DNA from: Macrostomum hystrix
Taxonomy: Eukaryota > Animalia > Platyhelminthes
Length of the DNA: 64,000 nt
Direction: 5' to 3'
Assembly (NCBI GenBank): GCA_950097015.1
Contig: CATNEN010000001.1
Coordinates: forward strand, 12,400,001-12,464,000
The translations under genes were made by a program, and so were the position numbers. Below the pieces are notes generated by a model. That model was not told where the DNA came from. It saw only the letters and a program-made list of their open reading frames with translations, and made no database searches. Shown here piece after piece: positions 1 to 13,191 of the stretch (position 1 is its first letter; each line of letters starts with the position of its first letter).

Positions 1-182
1 AGGCAGTGTACACTTCACTGTGCCTTCAGGTTGGCCCTCAAGGGCGTATAAATTTTACGACAAGCCCCCAAGCCTTCTCTCCACGGCTGCGCCCCAAATA
101 AATGTGGCCTCGCCGTGGAATCGAAATTAGGGACCGTGGTGCGAAAGGCAAACGCGTTAAGCGCTCTCCCAACCGACCCCCC
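1..182 (-). mobile_element. tRNA-derived SINE, family A (cut by window edge)
   Basis: Reverse complement begins GGGGTCGGTTGGGAGAGCGCTTAACGCG...TTTCGATTCC (degenerate A/B boxes); similar to copies at 36722, 38246, 41300, 53663 and 59615. Confidence 0.8.
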
Positions 183-500
183 CTATATGGCCATAAATAA
201 GTAGTAAAAAATTTGGCGTAAAGCCACAGGATGCATAATAATTACATTTGAACATTTATAAGTAACAAGAAAGTATAAATTTGCATTCTGCAGCATTCTT
301 TTTTCTGATATCCCTTTTATTCGCTTGCTATCTGAGCAAGACTTTGTATTTGGGTACGGAAAGCATTGGAAAAAAATTAGTGAGCAAGAACTTAACAAAT
401 TTAATGGTTAATAATTAAATTAGTAACTAATTTTAGCTAATTTAAGCTATGAACCTTTCTTACCTAAAAATGCAAATAACAAAGCAGTTATAATTGATGC

Positions 501-923
501 CTACCATTAGCATTTTTCTGCTATGAATTTCCACTTACTAATAACAGAATTTTAGGCTAAAATTTCGACTGTCTTACTGCTTAGAATCTTTCCAGTGCCT
601 GAGGATTCCCTTCACGTCAGCTTCAACTTCATTTTCGGTTCAACTTCAATTGCAGCTTAGTAAAACTGCGCCCTTGACAAGCAACCAAAGGGCGGTGTCC
701 TTGAACGAACGTTTGCTGTGACCTTGTCTAACTTGTCCGGCGAATGAGAACAGACCCATTTATGTAGAATTCGTCGGGTTGTATCCTTTGACGCTGTGCC
801 TCCAGCAACTGCCATTTGCCGGTTCTAATACGGATTTGATGGTTAATAATGAAATAATGATCTTAAAAGACTAGGAAAAAATACTTGAGTTTTTAGAAAA
901 CTCACTAGCACACTAAGCCCCCC
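501..923. repeat. ~430-bp dispersed repeat, copy 1 (copy 2 at 17527-17968)
   Basis: CTACCATTAGCATTTTTCTGC...CTCACTAGCACACTAA(G/A)CCCCCC occurs nearly identically, in the same orientation, at both sites. Confidence 0.85.
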
Positions 924-1479
924 TTGGGTGGCACTATTGTTCAGACAAACATTTTGTGTAATGCAGAAGGAAAAACACCTGAAAGCAAACAAAAACGAAA
1001 ACACATTTCGTTAGTATTAATTTCCCTGACTGCTAATATACGTGATTGCGATTCAACGAGAATTTGAATTCTCACTAAATTCAAAAATAGTCAGTCTGAG
1101 CTTGAACACATTCTGAGACATCCGGTCACCAAGACTAGTTGCTTGTTACGGCAACCCTACAGGCCGCATCCCCCCGGATGTTCCCGCTTTGCCAGGACGT
1201 TTGTCCTGCCCGCTTGGCCCCGAACCTGGTTGTCGCCAGGAAGAAGGGAGGGTAAGCTTGTCAAGCCTTGTACTATCAAAGTTAAAGGGCACGTCATCGT
1301 CTTGCATCACGACTAAGAGCCTACGTAAATGAGTGTGCTTATACGACCTGCTCATATAAGCTCAAATGGCGCAAATCTGAATTGTTGAAATATTGACACG
1401 ATGTTCCATAGACTATAGAACACGCATCTGCGCATGAGCGGACTACAATTGTCCTTAATCACGCTTGGAGCCTAGATAA

Positions 1480-1700
1480 GCCAAGTAGCGACCAGCTACT
1501 TGCCAAGCACATGCCAACTCCTGCCAGCCCTTAACCACTACCTGCTAAGTACATGCCAACGCCTGCCTACCTACCATCTACATGCCAAGTACATGCTAAC
1601 CCCTGCCAACCATTAATCAACTACCTTCCAAGTGCATGCTAATCCCTGCCAACCCTTAGCCCACTACTTGGCCCAGTACATGCCAACCCCTGCCAAGTGA
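1480..1700. repeat. Imperfect ~40-bp tandem repeat (CCAAGTACATGCCAACCCCTGCC core)
   Basis: About 5 degenerate copies, bracketed by a ~30-bp direct repeat (ATGAGCGGA.TACAATTGTCCTTAATCACGCTT) at ~1434 and ~1706. Confidence 0.6.
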
Positions 1701-2223
1701 GCCTATGAGCGGAGTACAATTGTCCTTAATCACGCTTCCCAGTGTCAAAGCCGAAGTTGCCCTGAACTAGGCCCACCCGAGTTCGGGCCGACTCAGGTTT
1801 GATGGCGGTTCTACGAGCGTATCTCGGGCCGTATCTTCCATACTTTTTTCAATGCAGGACCCTATATTGCCGCCATCGAGTTTACTGCTTTGTACTTTAC
1901 ATATTGGACTACATGTCTGCCTTTGTCAAAAGTAATATTTGGGTACATTTAGCTTTGCTTCCACCTAAACTTTTCTTACAAGGAAAAATGAAAACTATAA
2001 CGTAAGTATTTTGCTGCTCTTACAAAGCAGAACAATTTCCTGGCATACAATTTGTGCAAAAACATGAAAACAGGCAACAAAAGCAAAGTGACATAAAATT
2101 TTATAGCAACTGTTTTATTTATTTATGCATTTAATTTTTGTCATCAAAATGTGACACCGTGGATATTGATCTAAAGTCTTCGGAATTAATTATACATTAT
2201 ACTGAATAATTTAGCAGCAACTA

Positions 2224-2420
2224 CCCACTGGGAAGCGCAATGTCGTAACCACGTCGTTTTTGTCACATCGATTTGACGTCAACAAAGTTTCCCGTGTAAC
2301 GACGTCTAAACGATATCATTTTACCACACTAATACAATGTCGATTCCACGTCGATGCGACTAATTTAATCCACTTCGTTTTAACACCGTTTCCTTTATGT
2401 CGATTAGACGTCGCGCTTTT
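2224..2420. mobile_element. Putative terminus and subterminal repeats of the CMC/EnSpm transposon
   Basis: Starts CCCACTGGGAAGC, followed by a dense cluster of ACGTCG/TGTCG/GACGTC motifs in both orientations, as seen in animal EnSpm ends; no matching opposite end found. Confidence 0.4.
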
Positions 2421-3207
2421 GACAAACTCAGCATCCATGCTTTTTACGGTTCCGCCACTTGCAGATCTGATCTGACCTGATCTCACCACGATCTGAGAGC
2501 GATTTAATACTGTTGCCTCTGTTTACCCCTGAGCATTTTCGGAATGCAACAGTCTTCAAAGTAAAAAAACTAATGTTTCACAAAGCAAAACTAATTATGT
2601 ATTCACAGATTTTGTCATACGAGCAATGTAAGAAACGCAGGCCTTTGAAAACACCCATTTATTTCCGCAATTAGTCAATCACATCATTAAATTGCATTAA
2701 AAATCTAATCGCACAATTATGAGTTACTACAACAATTTTGGCAAACACATGTAAAAAACTGCATCAGACATGGAAAACATTATACAGTAAAAGCACAGTT
2801 TAGGAGCAATAATAAAAGCAGCACGGGGCAAGTCCCAGAAAATATTAGCTGTGCAAGGCTGCTGCAATTGTCAAATCCACCAAAATAACTTGCATTGCCA
2901 TCCTCCGCCCTGACACCAAACACTACAAGCAGAACTGTCAGTTGCAGCCTTTTATAGTATCAATATAATATTGGTATGTGCAGGATCATATGTATTGCTT
3001 ATTTCTTATTGCTGAATTTTAGAGCCCGGATTACTAATTTATATATATTTGTTGTGTAACAATAAATATCTAAGCTGCATATAAATCAATTAATCTTTCA
3101 CAACCACTTTGGCCCACTTTGAATGACCTGCTGCGTATTCGTTTGTCAGCAGAGTCCATGTCCATATAGTCAATATCACTATTTAGTCCATGTCCATATA
3201 GTCCAAT

Positions 3208-5575
3208 TGAAATGGGTAGGGTCTTTTACAAGCCGATGACCGCCCTCATGAAAAGATAGGAGTGTGGAAAACGACGGTAGAGTCGGAAGGTCGATCGCGC
3301 TGCTGCCGCGAGTTGTCGCGGAGAGGGATGAGATGAAGGGAGGGATGAAGGGAGGGATGAAGGGTGAGATGAGGCGGTACAAAGGATGCTAGGAGTGGTC
3401 CTATTGGCCTCAGGCTGGCCAGTCCCACTCGTCCCATAGGCCACAGGCATGACTGCCGTGCCTACCCCTAGCAATGCTCGAACCCGGCTAAAAGTCTAAA
3501 GTGAGGCATCGGACTATCCGTAGACAGATAGGACAGGGCTAGAGAGCCTACTGTCGTCAGTCGCATGTAAATAACCGACTCCTAACCTTGGTAGCGGTGG
3601 TCGAAACGGCCCAGGCTCTTGTCACAGAAATGCGGAAAGGCTATTGGCAAAGCGGAAAAAGATCTCGGGTAGCGCCACCACCCAATGCGCCTACGTTGCC
3701 ACCGCAGACATTTGGGAACTTGGGTCCCCGGAGTACACAGCTCCCAGTTCATCACACAGATCTAGACAAGCCGAAAAATAGGGCATTCTGCAACTTCCGT
3801 TTTAGACTGGGGTGAGAGCCCCAGAATGGATCGAGACACGCCTCAACAGGGGATTCCTGAATTCGCGCTACAGGGGTCTAGAAAGGTGGTACTCAGAACT
3901 CGAATGAAAATCCATAGCCGGAATCCCACTCATGAAACATCAGGCACATTCCGTACATTAGACTGCAGCCTACACATTAAGTAACTAACAAATCCGAATC
4001 TGTGTGAGATGAGGAAATCAGAGGCAGGAGAGATTAAGCAGAACACTGGCTGAGTGATTATGCAAGCGATAATTATTAGATCACGCCTCTCGCTCCCATG
4101 GCCGTAGTTGCGAGGGCGGAGGATGGAAGGAGAATTCAATTGACAAAGGAGTTTGACGCGCACACTGGAATCCGCCAGTGAGAGAGGAAAGCCGGCCAAG
4201 GAATTCCCCGCCCCTAGGCAGCAATGCACACGCTACATTCCGCATTTTACTCGCAAACCCCTAGCTCCTTATTACTCTCATGCGCGCTCACAGTTGCCTT
4301 CCTGCCGCAGCTTTCAGCTCGGCATCACCAGAGCCCACCCCCTAATGAGTTAGCCACTCATGATCGAGGGCTGTCTAACAATGAAATAAAAGCGAAGGAG
4401 AGACATAGTAAAAGGAATTAAGTTGTCGTAAAATTAAGCCCAATAAGTTAACTGATAGCTGTGATTAGAAAGTTTATTAGGCTAAACAAATCCCTAGTTT
4501 CCCTCCCACTAATTGCCGCCTAACCTAAAGTGTTAGTCCCTTAGGAATAATAATTACGAAACCGCTGCGCGGGTTACTTATCTGGATGCTGATTCGGCCG
4601 CGTGCTGCAATCCTGTAGCTCCTGGGGAAGGGATGGGGCAAAACAGCAAGGCAGAGAAGGGGGAAACTGCTGTGAGCTGGCAGGGGCCAACACACTGGGA
4701 GCACAGTGGCTCAATTTAGAGCTCACCTAAAGAGGTGGCTTGCGCTCAGGGGAAAGGAGACAGGCAATGGGCCCGTGAGCGCTTGTGTGAGCTTATGGCT
4801 CTGGGGTCTAAGCCCTAAGTGGATGTGGGAAAAGTGCCTTAGGTCCTGTGGGAGTCCGGTAAGGCAAGGTAAGGCTCCCGGAAGGGTTCCGGTAGGGAAA
4901 AAGGTAGGAAGAAGGTCCGTAGGGAGAAAGGTAGGTAGGTTCCTAGGGGCAGCGCAGCGCGCTTTCTTAAATAGTCCTGCAGCACGCCAACCCCGACATC
5001 CATCATTAACCCACATCCGCGCCAGCCTGTCATCGAGGAATCGAAGCGGCGATGGCCACCCCGATTACCCAATGAACCAGCGGCGAGAAACGACAGATGC
5101 TCCTTCACGAGCAGCCGCCGACAGTCGGCCAGTAATTGTTACTCCGCCAGGACAATGGGAAGCGCAGGCGCCGACCTGCCTACAGTGACATTTACATGTA
5201 TCTAAGAGAGGAGGTCATAAAGTCGAGCTGGGCTCGAATACTGTAAAGAAGTGGGAACATGAAGAATTAATGATCACTCATAATGCCCGAGTGATTCCCA
5301 ATATCTGATCGCGGTTTGGAGGGGAATTATGACCTAAACTACTCATACAATAAAAGCTATGGCCGCGATCAGTCATTCCTACAGGGGTCTAGACAGATCC
5401 AGGGAAAAGGGATTCGACGGCTACTTAATTCACCACCGCCCAAAACCCGGCCCTAAGATTAATGATCTTGTTTGTGGCCAGCTGCTAGGTGGGTCGCGAT
5501 TATTGATTGCTTAAAAATTTGAAAAATTATGCTGGCTCACATTTCCACTCGATTCCCGCAGCACACTCCACATCA
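3208..5575 (+). mobile_element. Solo LTR, 2368 bp (probably Gypsy-type), copy 1
   Basis: TG...CA termini (TGAAATGGG...CACATCA); 4-bp TSD CAAT at 3204-3207 and 5576-5579; TATA-like TTAAATAG ~4966 and AATAAA ~5349 set the orientation; homologous over its length to 7605-9897. Confidence 0.9.
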
Positions 5576-5986
5576 CAATAGTCATATACTCTAATGGCAT
5601 AAGCACTTAACGTGTTTACATGCAAACGCAAAAATGGCGTGAAAGCTTGCATGTAATTTACCTATGTGAATAAAATGCGCACCAATATATGAAAAGCAAA
5701 CAATATACACTAATTTTACGTCCTAAGACGTTGACATAAAAAATGTTAAATAGAAGAAAATACATTTTTGGTTACAGCGTCATGGAGCGAGGAACAATTA
5801 AAAGGACACAAGTCACAACACAAAGATAAATATAACACAAGCACAGAAAGGATACACAAGTGTCAACGAACAAATTAAGACTGGCGAGCGGAAAACGAAG
5901 GCAAAAAATGTGCAGGACAACATTTTCAAGATGTGCTTGAGAACGCAAACAAAAGTTATAATGACTGCGTTGTGTCAACAGTGCGC

Positions 5987-8900
5987 TTAATTACAAAATG
6001 GGATTACAAAATAGTCATTGCCACCTTGAGGAATAAGGATACATTTTCGCTTAGGCAGAATATTCGATACGTGACGGGGTATGAGTCTATATATTCCTAT
6101 CTTTACAACACTGGAAGCGTAGGGGTAACCCTCGACATTATTAGACAGCTGCATATTTTAACCAGAAATACAGGACAAGCCATTAAATATGGAAACGGAA
6201 GTTATTTTAATAATATGACCCCCTCAACCATGCAGCAATTGTCAGGAGATGCAGATGAATAAAATAGAGGTGAGTATGGAGCATGAGAAAATACATCGCG
6301 AATGACGGACATAGAATATAGTGCATGTTTAAATACATCGCGAGTGCAACGGAGGCGCCGCTTCAAAATGCCATTGTAGTTTTCAAATTCAAATGCTGAC
6401 CAATCATCCATGGGCCCATGAAGTTTAACAAAGTGTGCGATATGTTGTAGAAGATGCGTATTATATGATTGCAGCTTATTGTCATACAATAATTGAGCTT
6501 GCTGACAGAACAGATCTAAACACACAGCAGCTTGTGCATGATATGTTTCACAATATTCTTTGGACACGAAGCAGTGTGTTGCGAAATGGAGCAACAGTAA
6601 GTGGGGAAAAAAGTCATTCGGGAGAAAACGACAGAAAATGACAGGCGCGAGATACACAAGAAGGATACGAAATTCAGCGGCTTTATAGTTTTCAAATTCA
6701 TTTAATCTACGAAGTTTCCTGTGGAATTCGCGGGGAAGAAACCTTGAAATTTCATAAATTAGTTCTGAAGCCTGGTCCCGTTGTGCAGCAGATAAGTGAC
6801 AGCGCAAACGAATCCCTTTGACGTGTGAAAATATATACTTACATATGCGCTTAAACATACCAAGCAAAATTGAGTGCATATAGTCAGGTGGAATGTTATT
6901 AGAAAAATCAACTATGCCCAAAAGAGGAGATCGTGATAATTGATTGTTCTCCTGCAATTCTTGGTAGGCAACGTCAGTACGTGGTTCGCTAAACTGAAAC
7001 GGAAAACACATTCTACCCGACAAAAACTGGCCTTCAATTTTGCAATACCCACAAGCAAGTTTAGCTGAATGAGAAAGAATGCATTGCAGAAAAGCTCTGG
7101 CTGGCGCATCAGCTACAATAATGCAACGCTTAATGATTACAAATTTGTCACCAATACCCATACCCATATCTGCCTTAGCTCTTGAACAAAAGCAGCAATA
7201 AAAGTTTCAAGGGGGGCTTTCCATAGCCACAGAAAAGAGCAATAGGAAGTGGAATTTGGTAAGAAAAGTCCTTAACAGACATTAGAATGGGCCACAGACC
7301 AAGTTTGGAAGCTGAAAAGAGTGGCACACCGTCAACATTGACAAATATAGTTAGTTTGTTGTGCAAAGACTCTAACTTTGCCACGGTGCCACGGTGGACA
7401 AGGAAGCGTATGTTGTCCAGAAGTCCACAATATCCAAAGTTACCATTTTCAACGGCTACACAGTCAAATGTTGCCTTGTGACTGTTATACTTTCGAAGCG
7501 TTTGAACAGAAAGAGGAACATCATACCCCGTTTGGCCCACATCCGCAGACAATACTCAATTGCTCGCTTGCTTATGCCAAAGAAGGCCATGAAATAAAGC
7601 AGCTTGATGTGGAGTGTGCTGCGGGAATCGAGTGGGAATGTGAGCCAGCGGAATTTTTCAAATTTTTAAGCAATCAATAATCGCGACCCACCTAGCAGCT
7701 GGCCACAAACAAGATCATTAATCTTAGGGCCGGGTTTTGGGCGGCGGTGAATTAAGTAGCCGTCGAATCCCTTTTCCCTGGATCTGTCTAGACCCCTGTA
7801 GGAATGACTGATCGCGGCCATAGCTTTTATTGTATGAGTAGTTTAGGTCATAATTCCCCTCCAAACCGCGATCAGATATTGGGAATCACTCGGGCATTAT
7901 GAGTGATCATTAATTCTTCATGTTCCCACTTCTTTACAGTATTCGAGCCCAGCTCGACTTTATGACCTCCTCTCTTAGATACATGTAAATGTCACTGTAG
8001 GCAGGTCGGCGCCTGCGCTTCCCATTGTCCTGGCGGAGTAACAATTACTGGCCGACTGTCGGCGGCTGCTCGCGAAGGAGCATCTGTCGTTTCTCGCCGC
8101 TGGTTCATTGGGTAATAGAGGTGGCCATCGCCGCTTCGATTCCTCGATGACAGGCTGGCGCGAATGTGGGTTATTTTGATGGATGTCGGGGTTGGCGTGC
8201 TGCAGGACTATTTAAGAAAGCGCGCTGCGCTGCCCCTAGGACAACCTTCCCCTAACCTTTTTTTCCTAACCGGGAACCTTTGCCTTCCCGGAGCGTCACC
8301 TTACCTTTCCCCCGGACCGACGTAGGGCTTAGACCCTTGAGCCTTGAGCTCCGAGCAGCTAGTACAGGCCCGTTGCCTGTTTCCATTCCCCTGAGCGCAA
8401 GCCACCTCTTTAGGTGAGCTCTAAATTGAGCCACTGTGCTCCCAGTGTGTTGGCCCCTGCCAACTCGCAGCAGTTTCCCCCTTCTTTGCCTGGCTGTCTT
8501 GCCCTATCCCTTCCCCGAGGACTACAGGACTGCAGCACGCGGCCGAATCAGCATCCAGATAAGTAACCCGCGCAGCGGTTTCGTAATTATTATTCCTAAG
8601 GGACTAGCACTTTAGTTTAGGCGGCATTTAGTGGGAGGGGAGCGAGGGATTTGTCTAGCCTAATAAAACTAACTAATCACAGCTATCATTTAACTTATCG
8701 GGCTTAATTTTACAACAACTTAATTCCTTTTACTATGTCTCTCTTTCACTTTTATTTTATTGTTAGACAGCCCTCAGAGATGAGTGGCTAAACTCTTTAG
8801 GGGGTGGGCTCTGGTGATGCCGAGCTGAAGGCTGCGGCAGGAAGACAACTGTGAGCGCGCATGAGAGTAATAAGGAGCTAGGGGTTCGCGAGCAAAATGC

Positions 8901-10220
8901 AAAGTGTAGGACGTGCATTTCTTCCTAGGAGGTCGGGGGAATCCTTGGCGGGCTTTCCTTCTTCCTCTCGGGCGGGTTCAAGGTGTACGTTCGAACTCCC
9001 TTTCCAATGGAGTTTTCCCCTATCCCCCCTTTCGCGACTGCCGCCACGGGAGCGAGAGTGATGATCTAATAATCTTGCGCTTGCGTAATCACTCAGCCAG
9101 TGTTCTGCTCAATCTCTCCTGCCTCTGATTTCCTCATCTCACACAGATTCGGATTTGCTAGTTACTTAATGTGTAAGCTGCAGTCGAATGTAAAGAATGT
9201 GTCTGATGTTTCCATGAGTAGGATTCCGGCTATGGATTTTCATTCGAGTTCTGAGTACCACCTTTCTAGACCCCTGTAGCGCGAATTCAGGAATCCCCTT
9301 TTGAGGCGTGTCTCGATCCATTCTGGGGCTCTCACCCCAGTCTAAAACGGAAGTTGCAGAATGCCCTATTTTTCGGCTTGTCTAGATCTGCGTGATAAAC
9401 TAGGAGCTTTGTACTAGGAGACTAGGAAATGTCTGCGGTGGCAACGTAGGCGCATTGGGTGGTGGCGCTACCTGAGATCATTTTCCGCTTTGCCAATAGC
9501 CTTTCCGCATTTCTGTGACAAGAGCCTGGGCCGTTTCGACCACCGCTACCAAGGTTAGGAGTCAGTTACTTACATGCTGCTACTGACGGCAGTAGACTAG
9601 TTAGCCCTGTCCTGTCCGATTCCGGGCAGTCCGACCCTCTTCTTAGACTTTTAGCTGTTTCGAGCACAGCTAGGGGTAGGCACGGCAGTCATGCCTGTGG
9701 CCTATGGGACGAGTGGGACTGGCCAGCCTGAGGCCGATAGGACCACTCCCTGCATCCGCTGAACCTCCCTTCATCTCATCTCTCTTTCCGCGAAATCTCG
9801 CGTGTAGCTAAGCGGTCCTTAAGTCGACTCTGTCGCCCGCCCTAGGAATCTAATCTCATGAGTGCAGGTCAGCGCTTGCAAACACCCACCCATTTCAAGC
9901 TCGAAAATCAGCTCCATGTTTTCAGAGGACGCACGCGGCCCTGTTTCACTTTCATCACATTGATCACTGTCATTGCCATTGTCATCATCATCGCCTGTTA
10001 ATGGGGTCTCATACCCGAAACTATGCGGCTCCCAATCGTCCTCAAAAGCAACATCGTCAAGTTCGACAACAGTGGAAGCAACACTGTCAAGTTCGACAAC
10101 AGCGGGTAAACCCGTTCCTGTCAGATCTGGTTCAACACCCGCTGAAGACTGAGGTAAACCTTGAAACATTTTAAGCATTTCACTACGCACTCTCTTGTTG
10201 CGGTTTTGAGGAGTGGCCAT
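5987..10220 (-). pseudogene. CMC/EnSpm (CACTA-like) transposase pseudogene split by a solo LTR
   Basis: Motifs VNVDGVPLF..SKLGLWPIL, DAPARAFL, PPDYMHSILLG, LPREFHRKLR, KAAEFR, NTHLLQH, HGPMD..SAFEFEN. Removing the LTR and one TSD copy rejoins ...MELIFE-LLYFMAFFG. Frameshifts near 7530, 7210 and 7170; C-terminal KCILIP..YFVIPF ends ~5987. Confidence 0.9.
7605..9897 (-). mobile_element. Solo LTR, 2293 bp, copy 2, inserted in the transposase ORF
   Basis: Same TGAAATGGG...CACATCA termini on the minus strand; TSD AGCT at 7601-7604 and 9898-9901. Confidence 0.9.
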
Positions 10221-10552
10221 GCAAATCAGGCTTAGCGCTGTAAGTAGTTTGTGAAAGGGAAAGTGTTATTCTATAGTAATTTATAGATAGAAGAAAGCAA
10301 GTACACAAGATAGACAATTAATAGTGACTTATTGGAATATATTTTTGTTCCTAATTTGTATGCTAAATTGGTGCACACGCACAAAAAACTAAAATTACAA
10401 CAAGGTACAAGAAAGTTAAAGCGCACAAAACTACCCAGTGAGCTGTGACTCTTGGGGAAAATGTGCTGTACATAAAAATGCACAATAAATACATAACAAT
10501 GGCATCCCGAACTGTATGCGCATGACAAACAAATTGCACATAGGTTGCTAAG

Positions 10553-11743
10553 TTAATTATCACTGTCTGGTTCAATGGGTTTGCAAAAACCTGATTTTCT
10601 TCTGGGCGGTTCCTCGTCACTGTCGCTCAACGTCAGTGCAGATGCAGCAGCGGCAGAACTGCTTGCCTTGACCATGCCGGCTGGTGCAGACTTTCGCTTG
10701 GACACACGCTGCTTTGCATCCTTTAAGTAGCGTGCGATCCGGGTTCTAATCGCGTCGTAGGTGTATCCTAGCTCATTGTTCGTCGCCTCTAACGAGAAAA
10801 ATGTGGAACAATTTTAATAAGCAACTGCTAAGAAGCTGGAATATAAGAAAAAGCCTCGTTGTAGAAGTGCACTCACTGATAATTGTAGGCAAGAGAACAG
10901 GAAGAAATGATAGCTTTGATCCTCCGGTCTGCCGGCCTTTGGTAGCATAATCTCTACCAGTTTGGTTGAACAATATCTGCAGCTGCACACACAGCAGTGC
11001 ATCCACCATTCGGGTTATGGTTAAATCGGCAGTGCGCCCCCCAATTCTCTGAAGGTATTGGACCTGAAATAAAGGCATATATCCTACGTGTAGACAACAG
11101 AAAATATATTACAATTTATAATAGATAAAAATCTGGTCTTGACATGTTACTTTCTAGACAGTTTCATCACAAATTAACTTACCACATGTTGTTCATACTC
11201 TGGGTCCTTAATCTTCTGGGAGAAACTGGTGTATGCCGCCTCATTTGCAAGTGGCAGTCCCAAATTCTCTGTTGGATGAGTAGTAGCAGCAGCAGCAGGT
11301 CCACTCTTGTGCAGCACTTTTTTGTCATTTTTGACTTTCGTTAGCTCATTCAAGCCAAGCAGCACCAAATGAGATATTCCTTCCAGTGATGACGGTGTGA
11401 GGCCACGAGCAGGCCAAGGCAACCTATGTGGAATTGGAGTCGCATTCAGACCTTCGTGCCTCAAGTTTTCAATTGGTGGCAAGACAACTGGTACCACATT
11501 GCTTTGAGTTGCTTCCTTTGGCAAGCAAGTGGCTGAATGCGAGGCAGACACAACCCTAGAACTAGAACTACAGTCCACATCACTACTTTCAATATCAGTT
11601 ATCACGTGTGATAATGGAGGGACCCTGTCTCGGTCACGGCCACTCTTATGGCGCTTGAAAAATGTCAGCATTGTGGACAGCTTCATTGATTTCTGAAATC
11701 GTAAATCACGAGCCTTTTTCATCAATTTCATCAATTTCATCAA
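10553..11743 (-). CDS. Transposon accessory protein, DUF4806-like (5' end uncertain)
   Basis: Phase-consistent exons ~11743-11183, 11063-10877, 10788-10553; YLQRIGG...ITRMVDALL...FNQTGR...KLSF and IRTRIARYLKDAKQR resemble DUF4806-type ORFs found next to EnSpm transposases. Confidence 0.55.
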
Positions 11744-11956
11744 AATTTCATCAATTTTCTGCGGACAAACCGTTACTGTTAATTGCGCCTGATTACATTT
11801 GATTACTGTGCATGGGTCTGTGCAAAGTCTGCAAAAGACCTTATTTCTGTAAATGTATTAATTTCGGAGTGCTTCTGCACAGCCCTCTGTTATATATATT
11901 TGCATTAATGCATCCTATGCTTGGCTTGGATCAGTGATCCTACATGTGGAAGTCAG

Positions 11957-12363
11957 TCACGAATTTCCCCTCTCAATCGGGAAGTAATCGGCGAGACAGC
12001 TTGCCACCTGTCTCTCCAGGTCAGTCCAGGGTTTGCACTTTCTGAACACGCAAGTCAGGCGTCGGTGAGGCAGGTCTGCGGATCCAATATCGGCAGCACG
12101 GGTGTCACCTAGCCCTGCTTCCGTCTGCCGGTGGCGCCACCGCCGCTTCTGCTGCGACGCCGCCTCCGCCACCGAAGCCGCCAACCCAGGCAGCAGACGT
12201 CCAGGCCCATTCGCTTGACCTCCGGTTTCGAGCGCAGCTCCGTGATCAGGTTGGTCTGCAGCAGCTCCTGTAGCAGGTCCTGACGGGACAAGCCTGGAGC
12301 TGATGGATTGTCCAAGTTGACAACCAAGTTTGAGAGCCCGTTGATGCGTCTGATGAAGGCCAT
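11957..12363 (-). pseudogene. Unidentified GC-rich ORF remnant, probably within the transposon
   Basis: MAFIRRINGLSNLVVNLDNP...ELLQTNLITELRSKPEVKR looks protein-like; appears to continue in an overlapping frame; no recognised domain. Confidence 0.25.
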
Positions 12364-12947
12364 ACGTGTCGGTAGGCCTGTTTGAGTAGTGCAGGTGAGT
12401 ACGGGCTTGATGTTTAACAGGTACCATGCCAAGCAGAACAGGTGAACACTGTGTCTAACAGAACAGGTGATCACAGGCTCTGTCTAGCAGGTGACGCTCT
12501 CTGTCTAACAGTTGACGCTGTCGGCCTAACAAATGACGCTCTTGGTCCAACAGGTATTTCTAACAGAAATGAATTCCAGAATGACAGATTTGGAATGACA
12601 AATGTATTCCTGAATGACAAGTGATGGACAGATTGAAACAGGACTTGATCTTCATTCATATTCACATTAGAAAATGTCAAGTAACTCACTGGAAATGCAG
12701 GCGCATCACTGATCTAGACCACAGGTCGAAGAGAGGTAGCCACGTGGCTAGTGCGCTAGGCAGAATTGCACAAGAGTCAGCAGCTGCCGTCAGACACAGG
12801 TTAATCCTGGAATGGTGCAGGCTTTAGCACAATGTATTAATTATTTCAAATCAAAGTGAATGAAGTACTGCGATAAAATGATTCCGTAGCTTCGCTGTTA
12901 GCAAAGGAAAGAAGATTGAAGGCAACAAAATTATCCAAAGCCGGCGC

Positions 12948-13191
12948 GGCCAAAGAAGGCAAAATTCAAATTATCCGGACACAAATCATCCATTTGGAGA
13001 CTAAATAAGTCAATTCAGGGAATACAAAACTTCATCATGAGAGCCTCCAATTTAGGAGAGGAAGAGGAAGGCCAAAGAAGGCAAAATTCAAATTATCCGG
13101 ACACAAATCATCCATTTGGAAACTAAATAAGTCCATTCAGGGAATACAAAACTTCATCATGAGAGCCTCCAATTTAGGAGAGGAAGAGGAA
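12948..13191. repeat. Tandem duplication, ~122-bp unit x2
   Basis: GGCCAAAGAAGGCAAAATTC...GGAGAGGAAGAGGAA repeated twice. Confidence 0.85.

Noticed and set aside
3208-9897. One composite transposon with 2.3-kb terminal inverted repeats
   Set aside because: Each arm has its own TG..CA ends and a distinct 4-bp TSD, and the transposase ORF continues outside the right arm.
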